Shown here: positions 42,811-56,238 of the stretch, piece by piece | How the letters are laid out: the number at the start of each line of letters is the position of its first letter | Position numbering within the stretch: the first letter of the stretch is position 1 | NCBI GenBank assembly: GCA_951406725.2 | Contig: OX597836.1 | Span: 32,302,001 to 32,366,000 of the forward strand | Direction of reading: 5' to 3' | From: Octopus vulgaris | Taxonomy: Eukaryota | DNA length: 64,000 bases | Translations under genes and position numbers: made by a program | Notes under the pieces: generated by a model | Told to the model about the DNA's origin: nothing | Seen by the model: only the letters and a program-made list of their open reading frames with translations | The model's database searches: none

Positions 42811-43923
42811 AGGGACGCCGCTAGTAGGGTGAGGGTTGGAAATGAGTACAGTGAAGAATTCCGGGTAGAGGTAGGGGTCCACCAAGGCTCAGTACTCAGC
42901 CCCCTCCTATTTATCATAGTCCTCCAGGCAATAACGGAGGAATTCAAGACAGGATGCCCTTGGGAGCTCCTCTATGCTGATGACCTTGCTCTAATTGCTG
43001 AGTCGCTATCAGAACTGGAGGAGAAGTTTCAGGTGTGGAAACAAGGATTAGAATCGAAGGGCCTCAGAGTCAATCTAGCTAAAACCAAAGTCGTAATCAG
43101 TAGGAAGGTAGACAAATCACAAACACCTTCAGGTAGATGGCCCTGCTCGATCTGTAGAAAAGGTGTAGGTAGAAACTCTATAAGATGCACCAAGTGTAAG
43201 CTATGGACACATAAGAGATGCAGCAATGTCAAAGGAAGGCTAACTAGGAAGATGGTTTTTGTATGTGGCAGATGCTCAGGAACAATAAACACTGAAAATG
43301 CTCTGAGACCAACTTCTGTCACTTTCCAGGGAGAAAAACTAGAAATAGTTGATAGTTTTCGTTACCTAGGTGACCAAGTCAGCAGCGGGTGTGCTGAAAG
43401 TGTAACTGCTAGAGTAAGAATAGCTTGGACAAAGTTCAGAGAGCTCTTACCTCTGCTGGTGACAAAAGGCCTCTCGCACAGAGTGAAAGGCAGACTGTAT
43501 GATGCGTGTGTACGAACAGCCATGCTACATGGCAGTGAAACATGGGCCGTGACTGCTGAGGATATGCGTAAGCTCGCTAGAAATGAAGCCAGTATGCTCC
43601 GATGGATGTGTAATGCCAGTACTCACACTCGGCAGAGTGTAAGTACCTTGAGAGAAAAGCTGGACCTAAGAAGCATCAGTTGTGGTGTGCAAGAGAGACG
43701 TTTGCGCTGGTATGGTCATGTGGCGAGAATGGATGAAGATAGTTGTGTGAAAAAGTGCCACACCCTAGCGGTTGAGGGAACCTGTGGAAGAGGCAGACCC
43801 AGGAAAACCTGGGACGAGGTGGTGAAGCACGACCTTCGAACTTTAGGTCTCACCGAGGAAATGACTAGAGACCGAGACCTCTGGAAGTGTGCTGTGCGCG
43901 AGAAGACCCGGCAGGACAAGTGA
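42805..43923 (+). CDS. Partial non-LTR reverse transcriptase (RTE clade ORF, C-terminal ~372 aa) with embedded PHD-like finger
   Basis: Motifs in order: GVHQGSVLSPLLF, YADD (42973-42984), GLRVNLAKTK, FRYLG, RLRWYGHV, RGRPRKTW. No stops. The track's start at 42733 is microsatellite read-through; element-derived sequence starts at ~42805 and lacks the APE endonuclease and RT N-terminus. Confidence 0.9.
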
Positions 43924-44537
43924 GTCCACAACCCGTGGCCTTCTACATGGAATGGAGCCAGCCTACGTATGCATACCTTCCCTTCTTGGGACACAAAACT
44001 CTACTTGTGAAGACGTGTTGAGGCAAGTGAGGATCAGAATCGAAATCGATCAATGGAAATTGCGGATGTGCTACCAGTGCCGGTGGCATGTCGAAACTCT
44101 GCTTGTGAAGACCCATTGAGGCAAGTGAGGATCAGAATCGAAATCGATCAATGGAAATCGATCAATGGAAATTGCAGATGTGTTACCAGTGCCGGTGGCA
44201 TGTAAGAGAACCTTCCGTTTCGCGACCGTTGCCAGCACCGCCCCGTTTCGTGTTCGTTGCCAGCCTCGCCTGGCCCTCGTGCCGGTGGCACATAAAAAAC
44301 ACCATCCGTTCGTGGCCGTTTGCCAGCTCTGGCTGGCACCAGTGCGGGTGGCACGTAAAAAGCACCCACTACACTCACGGAGTGGTTGGCGTTAGGAAGG
44401 GCATCCAGCCGTAGAAACACTGCCAGATTTGACTGGGCCTGATGAAGCCTTCTGGCTTCACAGACCCCAGCAGAACCGTCCAACCCATGCTAGCATGGAA
44501 AACGGACGCTAAATGATGATGATGATGATGATGATGA
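42805..44537 (+). mobile_element. 5'-truncated RTE-clade LINE (young copy) inserted in (TA)n
   Basis: Open RT frame, then a ~600 bp 3' UTR ending CCAACCCATGCTAGCATGGAAAACGGACGCTAAAT(GAT)n. (TA)n lies on both flanks. The same 3' end recurs many times in the window. Confidence 0.93.
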
Positions 44538-45261
44538 TATATATATTGGTAAAACGGTAAGATAACAAAAGAAAGAAAGAGACCTCAATATTATGTATAA
44601 CCGAAGAGATGTCGTGGATTCCCACTTTGGCATCTGAAACTCAGAGCTTTATCTTGACTATTGAGTAATGTAACATATTATTGTATATATATATATATAC
44701 ACACACACACATTTACATATATAATACAATAAAAGTAGAGACAGGTAAACAACCGCTATCAGGTGACATTTATGGCATTTATAATTATATGAATGTCATA
44801 ATCTGACTTGATAACATTTGTTTGCTTGTCTATATCTTTATTCTATTATACATGTGTGAGCTCGATTAAAACACTGCATGCAGCTAATCCTTATTTAGGC
44901 AGCTGTAGTATCACTGCATTTTAAGTTGCTGTTCAAGTTTAGGCAGGGAGTCGACCTGAGCATTAACTGTGTGTACCTGTTAACTTATGCTATCAGCCAA
45001 AATATTACTGAGCATTTAAACTGGATATATCCGGCCAAAATATTCTACCTGTTTCATGTTCAAACTGGCCGGATCTGGCCTTTCACACCAACCCTACAAT
45101 GTCATTCTAACAATTAACAGTTGCCTCATCAAAATCTCAAAGCTACAAAACAATGTATGATTAATTCAAAACGATTTGACAGGGCTATATTTGACAGGGC
45201 TATCTGAATGCTAAAAGGTTACACACACACACACACACACACACATACTCTTTACTATATA

Positions 45262-45797
45262 TTATCATAATCATCATTTAGCATCTGCTTTCCATGCTGG
45301 AATGGGCTGGACAGTTTGACAGGCGCTGGCTCGGCAGAAGACTGCCCCATGCTTTGCTGTCTGTTTTGGCATGGTTTTTATGGCTGGATGCCCTTCTTAA
45401 CACCAACCACACCACAGAGTCGACTGAGTGCTTTTTATGTGGCACCAGCACAGGTGGGGGTCAGTTTCAGTATGTTTTTTTTTACAGTTAGATGCCCATC
45501 CAAACACCGACCACTTTACAGTGTGGACTGGGTGCTTTTATGCAGCACCTGCATGGGTACTTTTACATGACACTGGCATGGGAGCTTTTTATGCGGTACC
45601 AACACCCAAGATTAGGATCGATAAGCTGATAAAGGATGTAGGGGACATGCCTGTATGCAAGGACAACTACAATTTTACTTCAGTTGACATGTCTTCTCAA
45701 GCACAGCAAACCACTAAAAGTCTCAGTTCTTTGACATCCTCTCTGTGAGGCCCGACATCTGAAGATCCTTTCTCACCACTTCGGCCCACATCTTCGT
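45262..45797 (-). mobile_element. RTE 3' fragment (main family)
   Basis: Minus strand reads KMWAEVVRKDL..GLTE..AVLEK, then the UTR with GGCATCCAGCC and an (ATC)n end at ~45265. Confidence 0.75.
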
Positions 45798-45881
45798 GTA
45801 GATATTTTGTAAACCTTGAAAGGATGAAAAGTAAAGTCAGCCTCAGCAGAGTTTGAACTCAGAACATAAAGCTGTAACATA

Positions 45882-45957
<76 letters not shown>

Positions 45958-46123
45958 GTGAGAGAGGGTGCAGGAAAAGAAAATAATGCATAACCTCTTG
46001 TTTTTTTTTTTAATATTTATGAAACACACATAAACACAAAATAATGAGTAATTGAAAACAGCAAACATTGATAATACCTCGAAGCATACAAATTAATGAA
46101 GCTTTAAAATCATGTTATAATGA

Positions 46124-46180
<57 letters not shown>

Positions 46181-46394
46181 GTATGTGTATCTGTGTGTGT
46201 TTATACATACATATGTATATAGTATGAAACTATTTACATTGCACTATACATTGATCAGTTATATTAATAATCAGTTAATTATCTAAAATATTGATTATTA
46301 CAATACATTTGAGAAACTAATTATGTCTCTTAATCTTGTTTCATGGAACAAACTTTATGATTTTATGTAAATAACAAAATCTGTAATTTCTGCA

Positions 46395-46570
46395 GTGAGT
46401 TCCACTGGGCCAGACATATTGCAAGTCGGTGCAGTTGCTAAATGGTATCCAAGACATTGCGAAAAAGCTTCATTATTATAGGAAGATGATTTTGTCAAAT
46501 GATTTGGACCAAGATGGAAAAGAGGGGTGTGATTAAGAAAGAATCGGAAGCGCATTGTGACCAGCAGTAT
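46395..46570 (+). pseudogene. Very old RTE C-terminal fragment
   Basis: Frameshifted WARHIA..KWYPR..*EDDFVK*FGPRWKR..EAHCDQQ, resembling WAGHIAR..EW.PR..W.DD..QQW. Confidence 0.5.
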
Positions 46571-48778
46571 GTAACAACATCTGATATATATATATTCGCC
46601 ATAATAGATCGGTAGCCACTATCACTCACCATGATAGATTGGTAACCACTACACACATTTTTTCCTCTCCTTGTTTCTTTCTGTGTTCTTTTCTGTGGAA
46701 GAGCATAGGCTCGAAACATTAAAGACTTTTTCACTTCCCAAGCATTATACTAATACATCTGTTTGTTTTCTACACCACCTGTCTTTGTCTTTTGTTTTTT
46801 TCGTGAATTCTCCCTATATATATATATAGATATATATATATATATATATATATATACGCACACACATACACACACATATATATACATATGTTTACATATA
46901 GATATATATATACATAAATATGTATACATGTACTTTATATACACACAAACACACACACACACACACACACACATACAATCGGCTTCTTTCTGTTTCTGTC
47001 TGCCATATCTACTCACAAGACATTGGCTGACCCAGGGCTATAGTAGAATAGTTAAAAGATTTGCATGACAATCTTGAGATCTTGGTTTGATTCCACAGCA
47101 TGGTGTCATGGAGAAATGCCTTTTAGTTTAGCCTCAAGTCAACCAAAACTTTGAGAGTTGCAGGAAAGTAGGTTGATAGAAATTGTGTGAGTGACCACCC
47201 GATGGGTTGTACCTACAATTTAGCCATGTCACATTGCGTAATATTGATTCTTTTTGTATGTTACGTGTCTTTGGAATATTCAGCCATTTAGATGCTGATT
47301 AAATAAGCAGGAAGTTCAGCTGATCTAAAAGATGAATACTTGTCATCGTAATGGATGGAAAGCGATTTATTTCACATTTCAGAGCAGAAATATGCTAGGT
47401 GTGGGATTAGAAGAAATAAATTCTTCAGAGTTATCATAGCACCCAGTGGAAGATATTAAATTCAGATATTAAAGATATTGGAAGACTTAATAATAAAATG
47501 TGTGACAGCAGATGTATTGCAGTCATTATTCAAATATCTTTACTCTGTCTGCTTGTCTGTCAAGATGAAAAATCTATTTTCAATTTGACGCTGAGTCGTT
47601 GAATTCTTTTGATAGAAATGCTTTCCTAGGATGGTAAAGTGTGATTTGATGAGAGACTTTGCTGCTGTTTCTTGAAATTGCTAACTAGCACCTGGTCGTT
47701 AAAGTCTGTCTTAAGAGCCATACTTTACAAATATCTAATGGTGAGATATTAAGTATATAATACATTACCTCATATTCTTGTATGAATGAGAAACCTGAAA
47801 TTATTTTAATTAGGTGAAAATGATTGGTTTGGTTGAGTTTGATTTGCATTCAGTGGTTGAGTTGAATGCTCAGTGGCTGGTTACTTTCAACCCTGCAAAT
47901 GTGAAAAAATTAAACTTCTTTTCATTAATCAACTCTGAGGATATTTCCTATTTCTACAGTCATGGCCAAAAGTTTGGAACATAAATTCTGAAAATTAGAA
48001 TTTTTATATTAAATGCCATTATTGTGTATATTTGAATGGAATTGTACTTGGACATAACAATTTCAATTTTTAAAAAAATGTTCCACAATTTGGCCATGAC
48101 TCCTCTTATACATGGCATTTCTCACTTGAATACTTGTCTTGTCTCAAAATATGGCTGCAGCATGGTAAAGAAGTCTCTCTTAAAAATCCCATGATCTTGG
48201 GTTTGATCCTAACCTATGCTTTCTTGGATAAGTATCGTTTACCATAACTTTGAGTCAATTCAAGTGCTCTGAGTGAAATCAGATAGACAAATTATTTAAA
48301 CAGTTGCAGCGTGGAAGGTATTTGTAAGCCATTTAAGAAGACACAAAACCATTAGTTTCACTTCAACATTTAAATTTAATTTGTATCAAAATATTTTTGT
48401 CACTTTGAAGCTACGTGTTCTCTGAAAAAAAATTAATGCTGCATCTGAGAAAGAAACAGTTCATGATATATATGTATGTACATATGTGTGCATGTATGTA
48501 TGTATATATGTATGTATGTATGTACATATGAATATGTGTACATGTCTATGCATGCATATACACATGTATGTATGTATGTACAGACATACATTCCAAAGCG
48601 ATGAAAATAAAATAAAATAAAATTTAAATGTTTAAATGAAACAGGATTTGTGTGTTCTTAAATGGCTTACAAACATCTTTCACACTGCAATTGTTTTTGC
48701 TTCAGCACACAATCTCAGTTCAAGTAATCTCCAGAAATTATTTAAAATCCCATAAAATAAAATACTTCAGCAGTTTAA

Positions 48779-49217
48779 CACTTTAGCATTCAGATTAGAC
48801 CATCAAATGTAATACTTATTTATTTTATTCACATTGTTTTGAATTACTCATGCATTATCTAATTGCTTTGTAATTTCAAGGACGTGTTTGTATATATTTA
48901 TGAATGACATTGTAGGGTTTGAATGAGAAGCCAGATCTGGTTGGTTTGAACATAAAGCGGGTAGAATATTTGGACCTGATATACCTTACTTTAACCCTCC
49001 AGCATTCAGATTACTCTGTCAAATGTAATGCTAATTTTATTCACATTGTTTTAAATTAAACAAGCATTATCTCAGAGCCTCCATATTTTGATGATGTGAT
49101 TGTATATATCTTTAGAATGACATTGTTAGATAGGTGTGAGAGGCTGGACCTGGCTGGTTTGAACATCAAACTGGTAGAATATTTGGGCTGGCTATGACCA
49201 ACTTAAATACTAAAGAA
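48779..49217 (+). mobile_element. Two tandem piggyBac-like MITEs (TTAA-CCCTTTAGCATT family)
   Basis: ~220-bp units starting at 48779 and 48995 (TTAA-C(A/C)CT..AGCATTCAGATTA...AAATACTAAAG..TTAA). Other copies: 55072-55293, ~45005-45220(-), ~61510-61660(-). Confidence 0.75.
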
Positions 49218-49818
49218 TTAATGGTGCAGCCTTGTCAAACTAACACTGTCATATTGATTCTGCCTCATGATTACATTATGCATCCATCCATACACCTATG
49301 GAATACTCCACCACTTTACTCACTTGTTCAAAGTATAGGTAATTCAATTGACCAAATACCAGAATGCTCATCATCCAAACATATCAATTTACTTATCTCA
49401 AGAGACGGTTCCCAGTTCAAAAAGTGATAATTCCATTAATAAGCGAATACGGTGGGGTACTCATATTCAAACGGTTTCCTAACAAAAAAATAAAAAATTG
49501 AATAACGAAGAGTTGCTATGAAAATATTCAACTCACATTCTAGGCTGAAACTTGATCAACAAACCATGGACAGGCTATGTATACCAGCCTGAGAGTGACT
49601 GGAGGAGCATATACAAAAAGGCATGCTAAATGAATAAATTGTACAGCAAACAATTTTCCTAATGAAATTATATTCAGCCAGTGTACCGGAATTTGAGTAA
49701 ACTATGACCAGACTATGCATGCATATAAGTGGCTGGGAGAGTCTTTAACATGCATGTATGCATTTCATGTAGATTGCAAATTTTCATATTTTATATAGAA
49801 AATAATAATATTTCTCAT

Positions 49819-50272
49819 AAGCGTAGGAGTGGCTGTGTGGTAAGTAGCTTGCTTACCAACCACATGGTTCCGGGTTCAGTCCCACTGTGTAGGACCTTGG
49901 GCAAGTGTCTTCTACTATAGCCTCAGGCCGACCAAAGCCTGTGAGCAGATTTGGTAGACAGAAACTGAAAGAAGCCTGTTTGTATATATGTAAATGTATG
50001 TGTGTGTATATGATTGTGTGTCTGTGTTTGTATATATATATATGTATGAGTGTGGATATATTTGTATGTCTGTGTTTATCCCCCCAACATCACTTGACAA
50101 CTGATGCTGGTGTCTTTATGTCCTCGTAACTTAGCAGTTCGGCAAAAGGGAATGATAGAATAAGTACTAGGTTTACAAAGAATAAGTTCTGTGGTCGATT
50201 TGCTCAACTAAAGGCGGTGCTCCAGCATGGCCAAAGTCAAATGACTGAAACAAGTAAAAGAATAAAAGAATA
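49819..50272 (+). mobile_element. SINE family A
   Basis: Same consensus. Confidence 0.9.
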
Positions 50273-50493
50273 TATATTGATAAAAACATAACAATGGATC
50301 AACAGAAGCAAAACGAAGAGAAAACATGCATGTGCAAACACACACACACATACACGCAGATATATATATACACACAAACAGATATATATATATATATATG
50401 TTTATATGTACACACACATACAACTATATACATATATATAGGTACATACACATACACACATATATATAGATAACAACAGATGAATAATGTGTC

Positions 50494-50579
50494 AGTTCAC
50501 TACAGCTGTTTCCAACGAATTTTTAAGTGATTAAGGGATATATTACATTATCAGAAAAAACCTTTTTCGTCAGGTAACT
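50494..50579 (-). ncRNA. Hammerhead ribozyme-like motif
   Basis: Minus strand reads AGTTAC-CTGACGA...GAAA-CAGCTG-TA-GTGAACT. Stem III is palindromic (ACAGCUGU); stem II is imperfect. Confidence 0.5.
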
Positions 50580-50900
50580 ACGCAAACCGTAACATTTAGA
50601 AACATTCAAAAATTAAATGTATATGCACCATTATGACTCTATAAGCCTTGTTGGTCATGTATTCTTGTATTTGTTTCAGTCATTTGACTGCAGCCATACT
50701 GGAGCACCGCCTTCTCAGTCAAACAAATTGACCTGAAAACTTATTCTTTGTAAGCCTAGTACTTATTCTATCGGTCTCCTTTGGCAAACTGCTATGTTAT
50801 GGGGATGTAAACACACCAACATCGGTTATCAAGCGATGATGCTGGGAACAAACAGACACGAAAACATATACACATACACCAGACACTCACACACACACAC

Positions 50901-50935
<35 letters not shown>

Positions 50936-51774
50936 TATACTTGGAGTGGTTGGTGTTAGGAAAAGCATCTAGCTGTAGAAACATTGCCAGATCAGATTGG
51001 AGCCCGGTGCAACCACTGGTTTTCCAGAGCTCAGTCAAACCGTCAAACCCATGCCAGCAGGGAAAAAACGATGATGATGATGATGATGATATATGTATTT
51101 ACTATTGATAGATAGACAAATAAAACACCATTTCATACATTCATGTGGAGTTTAGCTGTGGCTCTGAGCAGATTACACCTATTTCTATGTGTTTCTATTA
51201 TTCTTGTAACAAACAGCTTGGTTAACGAACAGGACTCCAGGACAGATTATATTCGTATTTACAGTCCCTGCTGTATTTTATTGTTAACGTAACAGATTGG
51301 CAAAGTTAGTACGAAGTAAAAAAAAAAAAAAATGTCTTGCTGTATTTATATCATTTTGTGATCTGGGTTCAAAATCGAACTGGGATCGATTTTAACTGTC
51401 ATCCTTCTAAGGTTACTAACGTCAGCATCAGTCAATCAATTGACTTTCATCCGACTCTTTTTTTAGGCTTGCATGTGGTAAGGTGTGATGTTGTAAGAAT
51501 GTAAATATGAATTAATATTTCAAAGATCGTTATTGATTACTTTCTGCTTGCAGTCATGCTTAGACATGCATGCACATCGCAATATAAGTATGTGTATACA
51601 TATGGGTTCATGCGTGTGTGTATATCTGTATATGTATTTGTGTGTGGATGTAACATATATATACATACATGTCCACACATGTACACAGCACACACACACA
51701 AATATATATGCATATATAATTATTTTGCAATGGATGGACATATATGTCTAAGTATATATATGAATGTGTATGTA

Positions 51775-51823
<49 letters not shown>

Positions 51824-52254
51824 GCATATATGTCCTAGTATATATGTTTGTGTGTATGTATATATATATGTATACATGTTCTAGTCTATATATATGTTTT
51901 GTGTGTATGTGTGTATATATACACACACAGACACACACACATATCTATATATAAAAAACTTTTCCATTATGTTTTTCAAAGTACATAAAGCTGTGAATAA
52001 CAATATTTAAATAATGGGTTAATAACCCCTTTTGGATGGGAAAAGTCAAAACTTACCTGCGGCACCTGAAGCCACATCTCTCGTAAACATGACAGATATT
52101 CAACCATTGACTTTTGACTTCTTTTATCCAAGGGGTTTTTTTAAACATGATATTTACATTCAGTTATCCATAAATTTATCTACTGCGAGTTCAACCATTA
52201 AAAACTTTTTCTTTCTTGTCTCTCAAATTTTCTTTATTCAAATCACATAAACAA

Positions 52255-52668
52255 TGGCAAGAGTGGCTGTGTGGTAAGTAGCTTGTTTACCAACCACATG
52301 GTACCGGGTTCAGTCCCACTGCGTGGCACCTTGGGCAAGTGTCTTCTACTATAGCCTCGGGCCGACCAAAGCTTTGTGAGTGGATTTGGTAGACGGAAAC
52401 TGAAAGAAGCCCATCGTATATATGTATATATATATGTATATGTGTGTGTGCGTGTATGTTTGTGTTTGTCCCCCTAGCATTGCTTGACAACCGATGCTGG
52501 TGTGTTTATGTCCCCGTCACTTAACGGTTCAGCAAAAGAGACCGATAGAATAAGTACTGGGCTTACAAAGAATAAGTCCCGGGGTCAAGTTGCTCGATTA
52601 AAGGTGGTGCTCCAGCTTGGCCACAGTCAAATGACTGAAACAAGTAAAAGAGTAAAAGAGAAAAGAGA
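52255..52668 (+). mobile_element. tRNA-headed SINE family A (full length, low divergence)
   Basis: A-box-like TGGCTGTGTGG, B-box-like GGTTCAGTCCC, internal (TA/TG)n, 3' end AAATGACTGAAACAAGTAAAAGAG. Confidence 0.9.
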
Positions 52669-53020
52669 GACATCTCAGAAGTAGACACCCTAATTCTTTG
52701 AAAGATTTATTTCTAAAGCCAAAAAAAATTCTTAATCTTGTATATAGTAAAAGTGCTCTGTGCGGTTTTTGATAATATAACCCCACTATGAACATCGAAT
52801 TAATGAGTAGTGTCTGCATCAATAAAATAGGATGTTTCTCTATTGATAGGCATTTTGTTTATGAGTGAAATAAATGGCACTACACAAATAGGAGCAAACA
52901 AAGACACATGGATACAAACAAATATGCTCTCACATACACACACATACAAACACTGACAGGCTAGCTAACATATAAATACATACAGACATCTGCACATATA
53001 TATATATATATATATACATA

Positions 53021-53875
53021 CAGGGTATGGTGAATATATTGTTGTCTAAATTACACAAAAAGGAAAATAACACTGACATCTCATTTTAACAGATATATTG
53101 ACCAAAATTACAACAAAAATGTCTTGAAATACTAAAGAGTAAATTTATTCAATAAAATTGCCATTGGCTTCAACCATGGCTTCCAGACAACTTCAGATTC
53201 TTCTGCAACTCTTCTGGATGGTCTCCTTGTTAAGCTATAATCCTTACCTTCAGTTCATCTTTGGTGTTACAAGGAGTTTGTTAGTCTCTTATTCAACTGC
53301 ACCCCACACTTAATAATCAAGGGGGCTGCAGTCTGGTGAGTGATCTGGTTGCAGAAATTGTCTGACAGCCATGACTAGGTTCTCCTACTTGTATGGCATG
53401 GTGCAGAGTCCTGTTACCAGATATAGGGTCTTCCAGCAGCCACCCTCTTGACCCTGGGCAATACTACCTCCTCCAGGCACATGACATAGGCCTCTGTGTT
53501 GAGTGGGAGGCCGTGTGGGAAGAGGAATGGAGGCGTAACGTTGCTATCACTAGTGAGCACTCCAAATGCCATGATGTTGACTGGATCTTTGATTTTTATC
53601 ACTCTCAGTACATGTTTTGGGGACACAGAAAGCCAACGGTTGTTCTGTGTCTTCACTGTCTTCTTGTATTGAAGCTTTCGGTGCAAATGCCAAGCAGTAC
53701 AGCATGTCATTTCTAAATTTCTAGCAGAGTGAACTGCGTTATGGTGCTGTTTTTCTCACTGACGGTGCCCCACTGACCCTACTATACTGTGTAATCGACA
53801 AAATAAAAAACAAACAATGCGCATGCATGAAATTAGACCTATATAAAATGGCAACAATTTACCCATTGCACTCTG
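53021..53875 (-). mobile_element. Internally deleted Tc1/mariner (maT/DD37D-like) transposon relic
   Basis: NNRWLS..IMAFGVLTSDSNVTPPFLFPHGL.LNTEAY..LEEVVLP.VKRVAAGRPYIW*QDSAPCHTSRRT*SWLSDNF..PDCSPLDY*VWGAVE. Degenerate TIRs CAGGGTATGGTG / CAGAGTGCAATG with TA flanks. Confidence 0.85.
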
Positions 53876-54258
53876 TATGCATGTATATATATACATATAT
53901 ATATACTCAATTTGATGGTGCACCTGTATAGGTAATGCCGATTTGATGTGTACCCAAAAATCTGATTACTATAAACAGATAATCTGTGTGGTTTTTGGGG
54001 AAGAAATTGTTGAACCCCCATATATCGTCTAACTATGGGGGAGTCCATTATATACATGTGTATGTATATATGTATATATACTTTATTTAAAAGCAGCAGA
54101 AATATAATAAAAGCTGTTATTCAGAGTTTCATGTTCCCAGCTTTTGTTATATTTCTGCTGCTTTTAAATAAAGCATATTACTGTACCTCTGGTATTTGAG
54201 TACTCTTTTTTCCACCTTGTTTCACATTTACGTGCTTACTCCAGTGTATGTATATCTA

Positions 54259-54345
<87 letters not shown>

Positions 54346-54348
54346 TTA

Positions 54349-54385
<37 letters not shown>

Positions 54386-54497
54386 TTATTTTTTTATATA
54401 TTTATTTATGCATAATTATTATCCGATCACTCTATTAACAGAAAAATGCGTGCATCTTTTTCCTGACTTATGGAATTTTACATGGTTTACATGCATT

Positions 54498-54532
<35 letters not shown>

Positions 54533-54537
54533 AATTA

Positions 54538-54592
<55 letters not shown>

Positions 54593-55071
54593 GTATTTAT
54601 GCATATCAGGTGTCACATAAATCGACAAGATTTTATATTAATGTTTAATATTTGATTTATACTCATGAGACACTTGATATAAGATATTTTACACACATTG
54701 AATAACACGCAATAAAACAAAGTAGCGTCAGGGCTTCTCTTTATAGACAGATATTTTTATTAGCATAGTTAAATAGACCTAGACTGTGTAGTTGTAAGCT
54801 GAGGACAAGAACTGAGGAAAGTCGCTTGGCTTTGATCTATCATAGATGTATCTTATTTTGTTGTTCTTTTATTACTTTTTATCAGTGTCTATCAATGTGT
54901 CTTTATTGGTATTGTTACCTTGTCCCTTTATTCTATATAAATACTCTGATGTTTCTTGTTATGGTCTCATTGTTTTAGCTGCACTATGCTGCTAGTGCTA
55001 AGTATTCATCACTGCCATCAGTTTAACTTCCACTTTTCCATGCTAGCATGGGTTGGAAAAAATTTCTTAAA

Positions 55072-55293
55072 CCCTTTAGCATTCATATTATTCTGTCAAA
55101 AGTAATGCTTTTTTATTCATGTTGTTTTTGAATTAATCTTTCGTAATTTTGTAGCTTTGAGATTTTGATGAGATAATTAATTAATTTCTAGAACAGCGTT
55201 GTAGGGTTGGTGTGAGAGGCCAGATTTGACCGGTTTGAGTATAAAACTAGTAGAATATTTTGGCTGGACATGACTGGTTTAAATGCTAAAGGG
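55072..55293 (+). mobile_element. piggyBac-like MITE nested in a minus-strand RTE tail
   Basis: TIRs CCCTTTAGCATT...AATGCTAAAGGG. Confidence 0.8.
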
Positions 55294-56202
55294 TTTTGGT
55301 AGATTTCCCACAGGCAGATGTCCTTCCTGTTGCAATCACAAACCCTCAACTATTTCCAAATAAGATAATATTTCCTCTTGGCCAGACGTGTTTCCGTGGA
55401 AGATTGAAAATTAAGGATGCTATTTGCATGATAGTGATGCTTACAACTACCACATTATGTCAAGTCAAGAAGACAGTAACACAAATGCATACACATGCAT
55501 ACACACCTGTACATACATGCACACATACAGACGCACACATTTCAATTCACCGCAGGAAAAGTTTACCACTGTCAATTCACTATGAGGAAAGTTCACCACA
55601 AGGAAAGTTTACCAAGAAAATATATTTATAGTATCTCACCATTAATACTTAAAATCTATTTTATTGAGAAAAAAAAAACAGTGAATTGATGACGATGAAC
55701 ATTCCCTGTGGTGAATTGATGACAATGAACTTACTGGACATGCACATATATGGACAGTAGAAGTGCAGTTTATGAATTTAATTTGTTCCTGAAGGCCATT
55801 CATCACTCAAAATGTTTGTAAACCAAAACTATTTTCCCCATAGAATATTCATGTGAAGGTACAGCAAATTCGAGCAGAGATGTACACAGGGCAAATGCTA
55901 GACAGCAACCGATGCACTTTTACTAATTAATGCTCCTAGCTTGTTGCCAGCTTGTGTGTTCGTTATTTGAGATACTGTTCATCACCTGAGATATTTCACA
56001 GCTGCATAAAAAAATGGGAGAAGTGTGTCACCATTGGTGATGGCGATATAGAGAAGGACTAATAATTATGCCAAGTTTCATTTATCCCAGCCCTAAGGAA
56101 CTGGGTCAGGGGAAATCTTTAATGAGCACTCCTCTTATGTTTAAAGTATTGTTTGTAAACCAATTTGTTTGTGATGAGAAACATTCATATACAAAGGTTT
56201 CA

Positions 56203-56238
<36 letters not shown>

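Noticed and set aside
54795-54830. CTGAGGA...GAAA hammerhead-like match (also CTGAGGA at 13324)
   Set aside because: Stems II and III cannot be formed.
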